Source of the DNA: an uncultured Candidatus Peribacteria bacterium
GTDB lineage: Bacteria; Patescibacteriota; Gracilibacteria; BD1-5; JAGOOR01
Reading direction: 5' to 3'
Assembly: GCA_964603225.1 (NCBI GenBank)
Contig: CAZRUI010000001.1
Location: 1 to 46,932, forward strand
DNA length: 46,932 nt
Part shown: piece after piece, positions 27,135 through 35,692 of the stretch
Position numbering within the stretch: position 1 is the stretch's first letter
How the letters are laid out: every line of letters begins with the position of its first letter
Made by a program: the position numbers and the translations under genes
Notes under the pieces: generated by a model
Told to the model about the DNA's origin: nothing
What the model saw: the letters and a program-made list of their open reading frames with translations, nothing else
Database searches by the model: none

Positions 27135-27631
27135 GGCTGCTGAGGGACGGATTCTAGGATCTTCGCGACGTAATCCGATGTGGAAAGGACGTCCGTAGAG
27201 CGGGGTACCAGCACCAGGCGCGCTCCTATCTCCCGGAGGACCGGTGACTCCACGCAATTCTCCCCATACTCCGCCGAGTTCACATGCACGTCCGGCTGCA
27301 GGAGCAACAGCCATCGACGGGGGTCCAGGTCATTGAAGAGGAAGACGGCATCCACGCAGCTGAGCGCCGCAATGATCTCCGCCCGCTGTGCGCCCGGCAC
27401 AATGGGCCGCCGGTCGCCCTTGAGCGTTCGCACGGAGAGATCGCTGTTAACCCCCACGATCAGTACGTCCCCCTCGTCCTTGGCGCGCCGGAGCAGTCGC
27501 ACGTGGGCGGCAGAGAGCAGATCAAATGCACCGTTCGTGGTCACCACGGTGCGGCCATCGGCGCGTGCGCGCTCGCGGAAGGCGAGCACGTTCTGGAACG
27601 ACAGGAAAGCGGACATGCGCCAAGCATACAT
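27131..27631 (-). CDS. D-glycero-beta-D-manno-heptose-1-phosphate adenylyltransferase (RfaE domain II / HldC-like cytidylyltransferase fold)
   Basis: ORF track 27131..27640 (TTG). ATG 27631 gives a TGATG overlap with the kinase stop; alternative ATG 27616. Motifs TTNGAFDLLSAAHVRLLRRAK, VGVNSD, RRPIVP. Confidence 0.85.
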   Translation of the reverse strand: MYAWRMSAFLSFQNVLAFRERARADGRTVVTTNGAFDLLSAAHVRLLRRAKDEGDVLIVGVNSDLSVRTLKGDRRPIVPGAQRAEIIAALSCVDAVFLFNDLDPRRWLLLLQPDVHVNSAEYGENCVESPVLREIGARLVLVPRSTDVLSTSDYVAKILESVPQQP

Positions 27632-28632
27632 CACAGGCAAGCTGCAAGCTCTTCCAACGTGAGGGTAGCCGTCCCGTGCTTACGCACCACTACGCCCGCC
27701 GCGCGGTTAGCCATGTCTGCCGCCCGGTCTAGGCTGCAGCCAGACGCCAGACAGAGGGCCATAACCGCGGCCACAGTGTCTCCAGCACCGGATACGTCAG
27801 CCACGTCGGGCGAACGGGCGTCTGCATGGAACGCGCGCTTCCCACGCACGTAGAGATCCAGCCCGTCCTCCCCGCGCGTCAGCAGCACGGCGCCGCGCAC
27901 GGCGGTACTCAGCGCTGCTCCCGCTTCATGCGCGGAAAGGGAGGGGTCCCCCAGGAGCTGCCGCGCCTCGGAGAGGTTGGGCGTGATGACGGTGGCTCCA
28001 ACCAGATCCGCCAGGTCCAGATCCCTGCGGGGCTTGGGATCGATGACAAGCGACACGCCCTGCGCGTCAGCCGCCTCGCGCGCCGCGCGCAGCACACTGC
28101 CGGTGCACACACCTTTCCCGTAATCGGCCACCAGGATGGCGTTTGCGCGTGCAGCACCTGTCCGCAGGAGCTGCACCAGGCGCCGCTGTGAAGCGGGACT
28201 GACAGGATGTGAAGCCTCCTGGTCCAACCGGAGCATCTGGTAGCCGTGGTTTCCCACAACGCGCGTCTTGAGCGTAGTGGGACGACCCTTCTCCGTGATC
28301 GCACGCAGCGTGATGCCCAACGCGCGGCAGCGCCCGGCACACACGTCCGCCACATCGTCCTGCCCGCACACGGTGAGGAGTGTGACATGCGCGCCGAGCG
28401 CCACCACGTTCGCCGCGCTGTTCCCCGCCCCGCCGAGCACGTCCCGCTGCGCCTGGTAACGGACCACCGGGATGGGCGCCTCCGGCGATATGCGCTCCAC
28501 CGTCCCATGGACGTAGCGGTCCACCATCGCATCGCCCACTACCAGAATGCGGGATCGAGGAAAGGCATTTAACAACTCCCGCTGCCAGGAGGGAACTGTC
28601 GCCCGATGAGATGGCGTAGGACGTGCGGACAT
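27631..28632 (-). CDS. D-glycero-beta-D-manno-heptose-7-phosphate kinase (RfaE domain I / HldA-like PfkB kinase)
   Basis: ORF track 27631..28863. Start moved to ATG 28632 (MSARPT..). Motifs ILVVGDAMVDRYVHG, GGAGNSAANV, DVSGAGDTV. Confidence 0.85.
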   Translation of the reverse strand: MSARPTPSHRATVPSWQRELLNAFPRSRILVVGDAMVDRYVHGTVERISPEAPIPVVRYQAQRDVLGGAGNSAANVVALGAHVTLLTVCGQDDVADVCAGRCRALGITLRAITEKGRPTTLKTRVVGNHGYQMLRLDQEASHPVSPASQRRLVQLLRTGAARANAILVADYGKGVCTGSVLRAAREAADAQGVSLVIDPKPRRDLDLADLVGATVITPNLSEARQLLGDPSLSAHEAGAALSTAVRGAVLLTRGEDGLDLYVRGKRAFHADARSPDVADVSGAGDTVAAVMALCLASGCSLDRAADMANRAAGVVVRKHGTATLTLEELAACL

Positions 28633-28651
28633 AGGGGAATACAGGAGTGCG

Positions 28652-29110
28652 TTAGGCTTGCGCCTGGCGCTCTGCGCGATCGGCGAAGACGAAGGCGTGG
28701 AGTAGCGTGTAGTTCCAGAGCATAACACAACCCACCGCCAGCGCCTTGGAAACGTTCGCCACCACCGAGAAGGACACATGAGAGAGCAGGCGCAGGCCGG
28801 CAGTGATGAAGAGCGCCGTGAGCGACACGTTGAAGAGCATCGCCACGCCGTACACCAAGCCAAACCGCACCAGCTGACGGCGCGTACGCCCTGGCCGGCC
28901 GCGGAACGCGTAATACTTGTTGAGCAGGAACACCGTACTGAGACCGAGCGGCGCGGAGATTACGCTCGCCAGGCGTGCGTCCACCGGCGTGAGGAAGAGG
29001 ACCGCGTTGAAGCCCAGGAAATCCGCCGCGGTACCAGCTAGGCCGGCAATACCGTACCGCATGCCCTGCGCCAGGTGCGTACGGACCCGTGGGTGCGCGA
29101 ACGGGAACAT
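28652..29110 (-). CDS. GtrA-family membrane protein (polyprenol-phosphate-sugar translocation)
   Basis: ORF track 28652..29140. ATG 29110 is preceded by TTGACG-18nt-AACACT-7nt. Four hydrophobic spans. Motifs GIAGLAGTAADFLGFN and LNKYYAFR are typical of GtrA. Confidence 0.8.
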   Translation of the reverse strand: MFPFAHPRVRTHLAQGMRYGIAGLAGTAADFLGFNAVLFLTPVDARLASVISAPLGLSTVFLLNKYYAFRGRPGRTRRQLVRFGLVYGVAMLFNVSLTALFITAGLRLLSHVSFSVVANVSKALAVGCVMLWNYTLLHAFVFADRAERQAQA

Positions 29111-29117
29111 GCCGAAA

Positions 29118-29147
29118 AGTGTTTCTCCAGACGCGATCATCCGTCAA
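29118..29147 (-). promoter_or_regulatory. Sigma-70-like promoter TTGACG-18nt-AACACT, 7 nt upstream of ATG 29110 (gtrA-like)
   Basis: cgtcaa at 29142-29147 and agtgtt at 29118-29123 (plus-strand coordinates). Confidence 0.5.
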
Positions 29148-29477
29148 GGCCGATGCTGCGCCGCGTGCTAGTCGCGGACGACACCCTGTCGCTCCCGCCC
29201 GCGCACTACGCCGCGATCGCTTGCCTGGATGTGCCCGAGCACATGTACGAACCACTAGCCATTGTCTGATTGCTCCTGGCATCCCGGCGGCTTGCTGACC
29301 GCTTCGTTCCCGGTGGAAACGGATTTCTCCGCCGCGCATCTATAGCGCTCGCAGCGGCAGCGCGACGAGACGTTCAGGTTGATCGAGGGCCAGTGCCAGA
29401 CCGTGGTGCCGCAGTACGCGTTCCGCAAGCACGCATGAACGGTGAACCGAACGCTCGACACGCCCAACCCCGCTCCA

Positions 29478-29483
29478 TACAAT
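29478..29483 (+). promoter_or_regulatory. -10 box TACAAT, 7 nt upstream of GTG 29491
   Basis: Read directly from the sequence. Confidence 0.5.
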
Positions 29484-29490
29484 CCGCTCC

Positions 29491-30495
29491 GTGAACCAGA
29501 GAGTCCGTCAACTGGCCGTGAACGTGGGCGTTCTACTGGCCACGCTCGCGCTGCTCACGGCCGCCATGGAAGTGTTCCTGCGGGCGTCCTTCATCCAGCC
29601 CATGGGCGCCCGGCAGGTGCGCCTACACCGGCCGAGCGACATCGAAGGGCTCGTATATGAGCTGCTGCCGGACGTCCGCACGCGCGGGTTCGGGCGGGAA
29701 ACGATCACCACGAACAGCCAGGGGTTCCGATCTCCGGAACGCGATCCCGCCAAGCCGCTCATCGCCGTCGTGGGCGATTCCTACACCTTCGGCCACGGCG
29801 TAGAGGACCACCAGACCAACCCCGCCAACCTGCAGCGGCAGTTTCCCGAGGCGTACGTCCTGAACGCCGGCGTGGATGGGTACAACATCGAACAGCAGGC
29901 GATCGTGGTGCGAGAGCGAGTCATGCCGCTCAAGCCGGCGCTGCTCATCGTGGAATTCGTGTTCAACGACGCGCAGCCGAAGGGCGTGGTGTATCCGGAC
30001 GGCACCATCCAGGTGGGCCACATCCGTACGCCGGAAGAGAACGACGCCCTGGTGAAGCAGGCCATCACCCGCAAGGGACTGCTCAACTTCCCAGGAAAAC
30101 TTTTCCTGCAAAAGTACAGCGCCATCTTCGTGTTCCTGGAACGGACCACCAAAGGCCTCCCCTTCCGTAAGAAGATCCCCGATACCGCCGATACGTTCAC
30201 CGCGCAGGACGTGGCGTTCTACGAGCGGTGGTTCGCGCAGCTGAGCGACGCCGCCGGCGACACGCCGCGCCTGTTCGTAATCTGGCCGGAGAGCAACTGG
30301 CATACGGAATCCCGCGCCGCCCTGCGCCGCATGGCGGCAGGGCGCGGCTTCACGGTGGTGGATCTATACGATGACCTGGGGAACGGCTACCGGCATCTGG
30401 GCTGGGATTACCATCCCCATCCCAGCGTGCACGAGCGCGTGGCGGGGATCCTAGCTCGGACCGTCCGCGAACAGAACCTTCTGCCGCTGCCCTAA
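29491..30495 (+). CDS. Membrane-anchored SGNH/GDSL hydrolase (paralog 3 of 3)
   Basis: 334 aa. GTG start with TACAAT 7 nt upstream. Motifs VVGDSYTFGHGV, AGVDGYN, GWDYHPHP. Confidence 0.75.
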   Translation: MNQRVRQLAVNVGVLLATLALLTAAMEVFLRASFIQPMGARQVRLHRPSDIEGLVYELLPDVRTRGFGRETITTNSQGFRSPERDPAKPLIAVVGDSYTFGHGVEDHQTNPANLQRQFPEAYVLNAGVDGYNIEQQAIVVRERVMPLKPALLIVEFVFNDAQPKGVVYPDGTIQVGHIRTPEENDALVKQAITRKGLLNFPGKLFLQKYSAIFVFLERTTKGLPFRKKIPDTADTFTAQDVAFYERWFAQLSDAAGDTPRLFVIWPESNWHTESRAALRRMAAGRGFTVVDLYDDLGNGYRHLGWDYHPHPSVHERVAGILARTVREQNLLPLP

Positions 30496-32939
30496 AGCTG
30501 GTCGGGATCGCATCGGCAGGAGAGCCGTTCCACCGCACCGCGAAGCAGCGCGCCGTACGTGATCGCCAGCCGCACCTCGTGCTCGCCGGCCGGTACGCGC
30601 ACGGCGTAGAACATGCCGTCGCCGATGGCTGTCCTGACCGGCCGGTCGTCCACGAACGCCCGCCAACCCGGCAGGCGCGGCCGAAGGACGTGCAGGAAGA
30701 CCTCGGCTGGCGCGCTCACGCGGAGCGTGACGGACGTATCGCGCTCCTCCACCACTGTGACCCGGGCGGACGGCTGTCGGAACGTTCCAGCTACGCACCC
30801 CGCGCACTCCACGAGCGCAGGCTCTTTGGCGGGCGCGTCGCGCAGGTACGCCATCGCCTGGTCCTCCTGCGGCGCGCGCACCAGCACGGAGGACGCCACG
30901 TACACGGACGGCCGCGGATCCGGCACGCGGTAGACGTGCACGGGAGGCAACCGGGGAACGAAGACGAGGGACGTGACGGGCGTGAGCGGCGCTGGCAGTT
31001 CCCACACGGAGCTCACGTACCGCACCCCCAGCCGCTGCGCGAGCGGCAGGCGGTCCATGAACAGCCGGAGCTTGGCCTCCAGTGGGATCTTGGCCAGGAC
31101 CAGGCGCTCTGGGAGCGGCGCCGGCGCGTGCTGGCTCCCCAGGGCCGTGAGCAGCCGCGCCATGCGCGTCGGCTGGATCGGCTGGTAGAAATCAATGCTC
31201 CGCACTCCCACCAGTGCATGCGTGTTGGGCACCAGCAGGCCCAGCTGGTAGGCCACGCGCTCCTCCGGCAGGTCCCCCACCACCCCCGTCCGCTCCAGCT
31301 GATCGGCAATGCTGGGGAACACAGACAGCACCGGGGCATCGCCCAGACCAGCCGAGCTCCAGACCGCCCGCAGCTCGCGGATGAGGTAGGCGGGAACGCG
31401 CGGGTGGTAGAAGAAGAAGGGCGGCAGCAGGCTGAGGATGGTGAGGAGCGCCAGCGCGGGCAGCCGGGAACTCAGCTTTGGAACGACCGCGCGCAGCATC
31501 CAGCCCGTGAGAAAGAGCGCCAGGAGCGGCAACATGAACCGCGGCGCGAGCGGGGACAGCTGCCCCGTTCCCAGCTGCCACAGGTTGGCGATATGGCGGT
31601 GGTAGTGCGAGAGCGGCAGTCCGGACGTCTGCGCGGAGAGATGGGCGTCAAAGTACCGCTGCCCGGCCCGCACGATCGCCTCGCCAAAGAACACGTCCGC
31701 CACCGTAGCCAGGAATGAGCCAACCGCCGCGACGCATGCGATAAGCAGGAACGCGCTCCCCACCCCCCGCACGTAGCGGAGCCGACCCGCCTGGATGCCG
31801 TCGGCCGTGCCGGCCGCAATGAATGCCACGCACGCGTTACCAATGAACAGCCACCGCCGCGGCGTGCGCAGGAATGAGAAGAACGGCAGACTCTGCACCA
31901 GCGCGTACAGGGGCGATCGAGGCAACGCTATGAGCAAGATGAGCGCGAATCCCAGGAGCGCCGGGCGCAGCGTCCGGTCGCGCTGCAGTACGCCGATGAG
32001 GAGCAGGGCGAGCCCCGCGGCCCCAAAGAACAGCATGCCCATCTCCCCCTCCACCCCCGGCACGTACATGTAGGGGAAGAGCGGCGTGAAGAGCGCGGCC
32101 AGCGTGATGGCGCTCCTGCCGGCGGCGGCCACGGACAGGCCGCCGGCGCGTTCGGACAGACCCACGTATGCCAGCGCGGGGATCAGCTTGAGTAGTCCGA
32201 TCAGCATGCCGCATCCCGCTGCGACCAGGTAGAGCAGGAGCGGCTGCAGCCTGCGCGGCCAGGATGCGGCATCGGAACGCCAGGCGAGGAAGGCCGTGAA
32301 CACCGTGATGGCCACCAGGATCAGCGGCACGAAGTTGAAGTGCCCGCCCGCCCACCCGAGCCCCACCAGCAGCGCCATGAGCGCCGTCGCCCTCCAGGGG
32401 TACCGCCGCAAGTACGTAGCGGCAAGCAGAAGCGCTGGGAACAATGCGAGCGTGAGCGGAAATGCGTAATCGCCATCCGCGGTCCAGAAAAAACCTCCCA
32501 TGTAGACCAGTCCGCCCAGGAACGCCGCTGTCCAGGAACGGCCGCAGTGGCGCAGGAACAAATGGAACAACCACGCGCTCAGGACCAGGTAGATGTAACA
32601 CAGCCACGCTAGAGCCAGGTACTCGTCTAGGAACAGCCGCAGCGCATGCGCCAGAGGATCTAGCGTGCCGTACGTGGCCAGCCACGGGAAGCCGCGCCCG
32701 CTCCACGGGTCCGCCAGGAGGGAATCCAGGGAGAAGGCCCGGACGGCTCCCAGAGCGGGGTAACTGAAGCCGAGCGTGTCGCCCGGCGCGTACGTCTGCA
32801 GCCCTGTGAGGAACCCCGCATAGAGCGGTAGGAGGAGCAGCGCGTAGAGGACCGGCGCGCTCGTGCGGGGGAAGCGCCGGAAGAGCGCGGAACAGCGGCG
32901 CGCTGCGGCCTGCGCCTGCCGCAGAAAAATTGGCTGCAT
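30492..32939 (-). CDS. Large polytopic membrane protein, YfhO-like GT-C glycosyltransferase (putative)
   Basis: ORF track 30492..33437. Start moved to ATG 32939 (MQPIFLRQ); the upstream 166 codons are antisense to the GT2 gene at 32964. About 815 aa: many TM spans plus a roughly 250-aa C-terminal soluble domain. Family call rests on size, architecture and pairing with the GT2 and GtrA genes. Confidence 0.6.
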   Translation of the reverse strand: MQPIFLRQAQAAARRCSALFRRFPRTSAPVLYALLLLPLYAGFLTGLQTYAPGDTLGFSYPALGAVRAFSLDSLLADPWSGRGFPWLATYGTLDPLAHALRLFLDEYLALAWLCYIYLVLSAWLFHLFLRHCGRSWTAAFLGGLVYMGGFFWTADGDYAFPLTLALFPALLLAATYLRRYPWRATALMALLVGLGWAGGHFNFVPLILVAITVFTAFLAWRSDAASWPRRLQPLLLYLVAAGCGMLIGLLKLIPALAYVGLSERAGGLSVAAAGRSAITLAALFTPLFPYMYVPGVEGEMGMLFFGAAGLALLLIGVLQRDRTLRPALLGFALILLIALPRSPLYALVQSLPFFSFLRTPRRWLFIGNACVAFIAAGTADGIQAGRLRYVRGVGSAFLLIACVAAVGSFLATVADVFFGEAIVRAGQRYFDAHLSAQTSGLPLSHYHRHIANLWQLGTGQLSPLAPRFMLPLLALFLTGWMLRAVVPKLSSRLPALALLTILSLLPPFFFYHPRVPAYLIRELRAVWSSAGLGDAPVLSVFPSIADQLERTGVVGDLPEERVAYQLGLLVPNTHALVGVRSIDFYQPIQPTRMARLLTALGSQHAPAPLPERLVLAKIPLEAKLRLFMDRLPLAQRLGVRYVSSVWELPAPLTPVTSLVFVPRLPPVHVYRVPDPRPSVYVASSVLVRAPQEDQAMAYLRDAPAKEPALVECAGCVAGTFRQPSARVTVVEERDTSVTLRVSAPAEVFLHVLRPRLPGWRAFVDDRPVRTAIGDGMFYAVRVPAGEHEVRLAITYGALLRGAVERLSCRCDPDQL

Positions 32940-32957
32940 TCGCACGGAGTATACCTC

Positions 32958-32963
32958 TACACT
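32958..32963 (+). promoter_or_regulatory. -10 box TACACT, 6 nt upstream of in-frame GTG 32970
   Basis: Read directly. Argues for 32970 rather than 32964 as the start. Confidence 0.45.
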
Positions 32964-33710
32964 GTGGACGTGTTCCACGGCAAGCGCATCGTCGTTGTCA
33001 TGCCGGCGTACAACGCGGAGAAGACCCTGGAGGTCACGCACCGGGATTTGCCGCATGACATCGTGGACGAGGTGATCCTGGTGGATGACGCCAGCCATGA
33101 CGACACGGCCGCTCTGTCCCGCCGGCTGGGCATCACCACTGTGGTGCATCCAAAGAACAAGGGATACGGCGGCAACCAGAAAACGTGCTACGCGACCGCC
33201 CTGGAGCACGGCGCGGACGTGGTTATCATGGTCCACCCGGACTACCAGTACGATCCCAAGCTGGTGGTGGCTATAGCGGCGATGATCGTGGACGGTCCGT
33301 ACGAGGCGGTGATCGGCTCGCGCATCCTGGGCGGGCACGCGCTGCGCGGGGGCATGCCCCTGTGGAAGTACGTTGCCAATCGCTTCCTCACGGCAACGGA
33401 AAACCTGCTCCTGGGCGCCAAGCTCTCGGAGTACCACACGGGTTACCGCGCGTTCTCCCGCAAGACGCTCGAGGCCGTCCCCTGGCTGCGCAACTCGGAT
33501 GACTTCATCTTTGACAACCAGATGCTGGCGCAGGTGATCATGCGCGGGATTCTTGTGGGAGAGATCTCCTGTCCCACCAAGTACTTCAAGGAGGCCTCGT
33601 CCATCAACTTCCGCCGCAGCGTACGCTACGGCCTGGGAGTCCTGGGCGTGTCGCTGCGCTACCGCCTACACAAGACCGGCCTGCGCAAAGATCTGCTCTT
33701 CATCCCCTAA
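32964..33710 (+). CDS. GT2 glycosyltransferase, Dpm1/CsbB/GtrB-like (putative polyprenol-phosphate sugar synthase)
   Basis: 248 aa. In-frame GTG 32970 has TACACT 6 nt upstream and may be the true start. Motifs [38 protein letters not shown]. Confidence 0.85.
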   Translation: MDVFHGKRIVVVMPAYNAEKTLEVTHRDLPHDIVDEVILVDDASHDDTAALSRRLGITTVVHPKNKGYGGNQKTCYATALEHGADVVIMVHPDYQYDPKLVVAIAAMIVDGPYEAVIGSRILGGHALRGGMPLWKYVANRFLTATENLLLGAKLSEYHTGYRAFSRKTLEAVPWLRNSDDFIFDNQMLAQVIMRGILVGEISCPTKYFKEASSINFRRSVRYGLGVLGVSLRYRLHKTGLRKDLLFIP

Positions 33711-33719
33711 CCCGCACCC

Positions 33720-34472
33720 ATGGCCAACTTCCTGCCGCTCAAGCGGTACATGTTCTACTGCCTGGACAAGTGCATCGCGCAGGAACAGCTCACCGGGCCC
33801 TTCCTAGACATCGGCTGCGGCATCGGCGACGTCAGCCTGCACCTGGCCAGGAAGGGCTGGCAGGGCACGGCCATCGACTACTCCGACGCGGCGGTGGAGC
33901 GCGCCACGGAGACGCTCCGGGCCTTCCCGCAGGTGACTGTCAGGAAGACCGGCCTGCAGGACTTCAACGGGCAGTTCCGGACGGTCATCCTCTGGGACGT
34001 GCTCGAGCACGTCGAGCACGACCAGGAGGCGCTGCGGAAGATCGCCACACTCCTGGCTCCGGGCGGACACCTGCTCATCGCCGTGCCCAGCAACCCCACG
34101 GAGTGGCGCTGGGATGACGAGTTCTACGGTCACTTCCGGCGTTACACGCAGGAAGACCTGAGCGGAAAGCTCCGCGCCGCCAGGCTCACGCCGGTGCTGT
34201 TCTGGGACTTCACCCTGCCGGTATTCTGGCTGCTGCGCCGCCTCTACACCCGCATCAAGCGCCCGCCGAACGTGCCGTACAGCCAGAAAGAGGAACTCAC
34301 TAAGCAAAGCGCCACCGTGAACGCGTGGGACATTCCCGTCGTCTCGTTCATCCTGAACCGCTCCACCGCCGTCTGGCGGCTCATCTACGCGGTGCAGTTC
34401 GCCCTTTTCCGCAAGCAGGCCCGCCGGGGCCATGAGTTCTTCGCCCTGGCGAAGCGCAACGACGAACCCTAG
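33720..34472 (+). CDS. Class I SAM-dependent methyltransferase
   Basis: 250 aa. Motif I FLDIGCGIGDVS; WDVLEHVEHD; LLAPGGHLLI. Confidence 0.8.
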   Translation: MANFLPLKRYMFYCLDKCIAQEQLTGPFLDIGCGIGDVSLHLARKGWQGTAIDYSDAAVERATETLRAFPQVTVRKTGLQDFNGQFRTVILWDVLEHVEHDQEALRKIATLLAPGGHLLIAVPSNPTEWRWDDEFYGHFRRYTQEDLSGKLRAARLTPVLFWDFTLPVFWLLRRLYTRIKRPPNVPYSQKEELTKQSATVNAWDIPVVSFILNRSTAVWRLIYAVQFALFRKQARRGHEFFALAKRNDEP

Positions 34473-35566
34473 GATGAGGCCGCAAGAAGCCGGCGGATCC
34501 GCTCCCCGGCCTTCCCGTCCCAGAACGCGGGAACAGTGATAGCAGGATCCGTCGGATGCCGGGCGAACGCCAGCACCTGCGCCCGGTCCTCCGGCCTATC
34601 TAGATCAATGAGCACGTTGCTGCCGCTCAGGACGGTGGCCGGACGTTCGGTGTTCCTGCGCAGCGTGAAGCAGCATTTGCCAAGCAGCACCGCTTCCTCC
34701 TGGATGCCGCCCGAGTCCGTCAGGATGAAGCTCGACCGGCTCATGAGGGCCAGGAAATGGAGATAGCCGACCGGTTCGCCCCAGCTCACGCGTCGTCGCA
34801 AGCCGGCTTCGATCTCCGGCTGCGCAGCGAGCGCCTTCTGGAGACGCGGATGCTTGGGGATGACCAAGGGGGTGAACTCGCTCACTTCCCCGACGAACTG
34901 GAAGACGGATCTGAGCTTCTGGGGATCATCCACGTTGCTCGGCCGGTGAAGCGTGAGCACAGCGAACTGTTCGATCGGCTCACCGTCCGCATCGCGGATC
35001 CTCACCTCCTGCCGGTCGATGAAGGGCCTCATCCGAAGGAGCGTATCGATCATCGTATTCCCCACCAGTTCCATCCGCCCCCCGGCCTTTTCGGACCGCA
35101 GGTGGTCGATTCCCGACTGCTCTGAGCAGAGGAGGAGATCCGCGATCGCGTCGATCGCGATGCGGTTGTGCTCCTCCGGCATGCCCGGATCCCCTGAGCG
35201 CAACCCCGCTTCCACATGTGCTACCCGCAGACCAAGCTCCTTGGCCGCCTGAGCGGCGCCTACCGCCCCGTTCACGTCGCCGTAGACCAGTACCCAATCC
35301 GACCGGAGCTCCCGCAGGACCGGAAGTAGGGCCAGCCTGGTCCGCTCGATCGTCTCTTCCCTAGTCCCGCCGTGGATTCCCAGATTCTTCACCGGCTGCG
35401 GAATATCCAGCTGACGGAAGAAGATATCTGAGAGCAGCGGATCGTAATGCTGCCCGGTGTGGACGATCATATGCTCCGTGTTCGCGCCGCTTTCCACTAT
35501 CGCATGGTGCACGGCAGCCAGTTTCACGAAGTTCGGCCGAGCGGAGGCGATGGAGACGAGGCGCAC
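34469..35566 (-). CDS. wecB: UDP-N-acetylglucosamine 2-epimerase (non-hydrolysing)
   Basis: ORF track 34469..35641. Start moved to GTG 35566 (VRLVSIASARPNFVKL), with TATACT 6 nt upstream. Motifs HTGQHYD, HVEAGLRS, DSGGIQEEA. Confidence 0.9.
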   Translation of the reverse strand: MRLVSIASARPNFVKLAAVHHAIVESGANTEHMIVHTGQHYDPLLSDIFFRQLDIPQPVKNLGIHGGTREETIERTRLALLPVLRELRSDWVLVYGDVNGAVGAAQAAKELGLRVAHVEAGLRSGDPGMPEEHNRIAIDAIADLLLCSEQSGIDHLRSEKAGGRMELVGNTMIDTLLRMRPFIDRQEVRIRDADGEPIEQFAVLTLHRPSNVDDPQKLRSVFQFVGEVSEFTPLVIPKHPRLQKALAAQPEIEAGLRRRVSWGEPVGYLHFLALMSRSSFILTDSGGIQEEAVLLGKCCFTLRRNTERPATVLSGSNVLIDLDRPEDRAQVLAFARHPTDPAITVPAFWDGKAGERIRRLLAASS

Positions 35567-35572
35567 GGGGAG

Positions 35573-35578
35573 AGTATA
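35573..35578 (-). promoter_or_regulatory. -10 box TATACT, 6 nt upstream of GTG 35566 (wecB)
   Basis: Reverse complement of agtata. Confidence 0.55.
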
Positions 35579-35597
35579 GGGAATGTGCGATCGCCGA

Positions 35598-35692
35598 TGA
35601 ATATGGATGAAGGGCAAAAAATCAAAAGATAACAATAGCAAAAAGGAAAGCCTTATTTCTTTTTCGCCCTTTGGACCCTTTTCTCCTTTTCA
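35598..35692. repeat. AAAGG/CCTTT-unit imperfect inverted repeat (same family as 7819..7936)
   Basis: gaagggcaaaaaatcaaaag..gcaaaaaggaaag / ccttatttctttttcgccctttggacccttttctccttttcac. Lies between the GT1 stop (35690) and the wecB promoter. Confidence 0.6.

Noticed and set aside
29075-29269. Small ORF containing VLVADD (response-regulator-like N-terminus?)
   Set aside because: Only a 6-residue resemblance. The ORF overlaps the gtrA-like promoter and start, and no receiver-domain motifs follow.
30579-31718. Long antisense or shadow ORFs, e.g. 30579..31718, 12888..13913, 13654..14694, 19972..21027, 35969..37075, 40161..41267, 16895..17854, 8353..9330, 10911..11873, 31837..32706
   Set aside because: They lie opposite CDSs with clear family motifs, and their translations are Arg/Pro/Gly/Ala-rich low-complexity strings typical of high-GC non-coding frames. 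No recognisable motifs.
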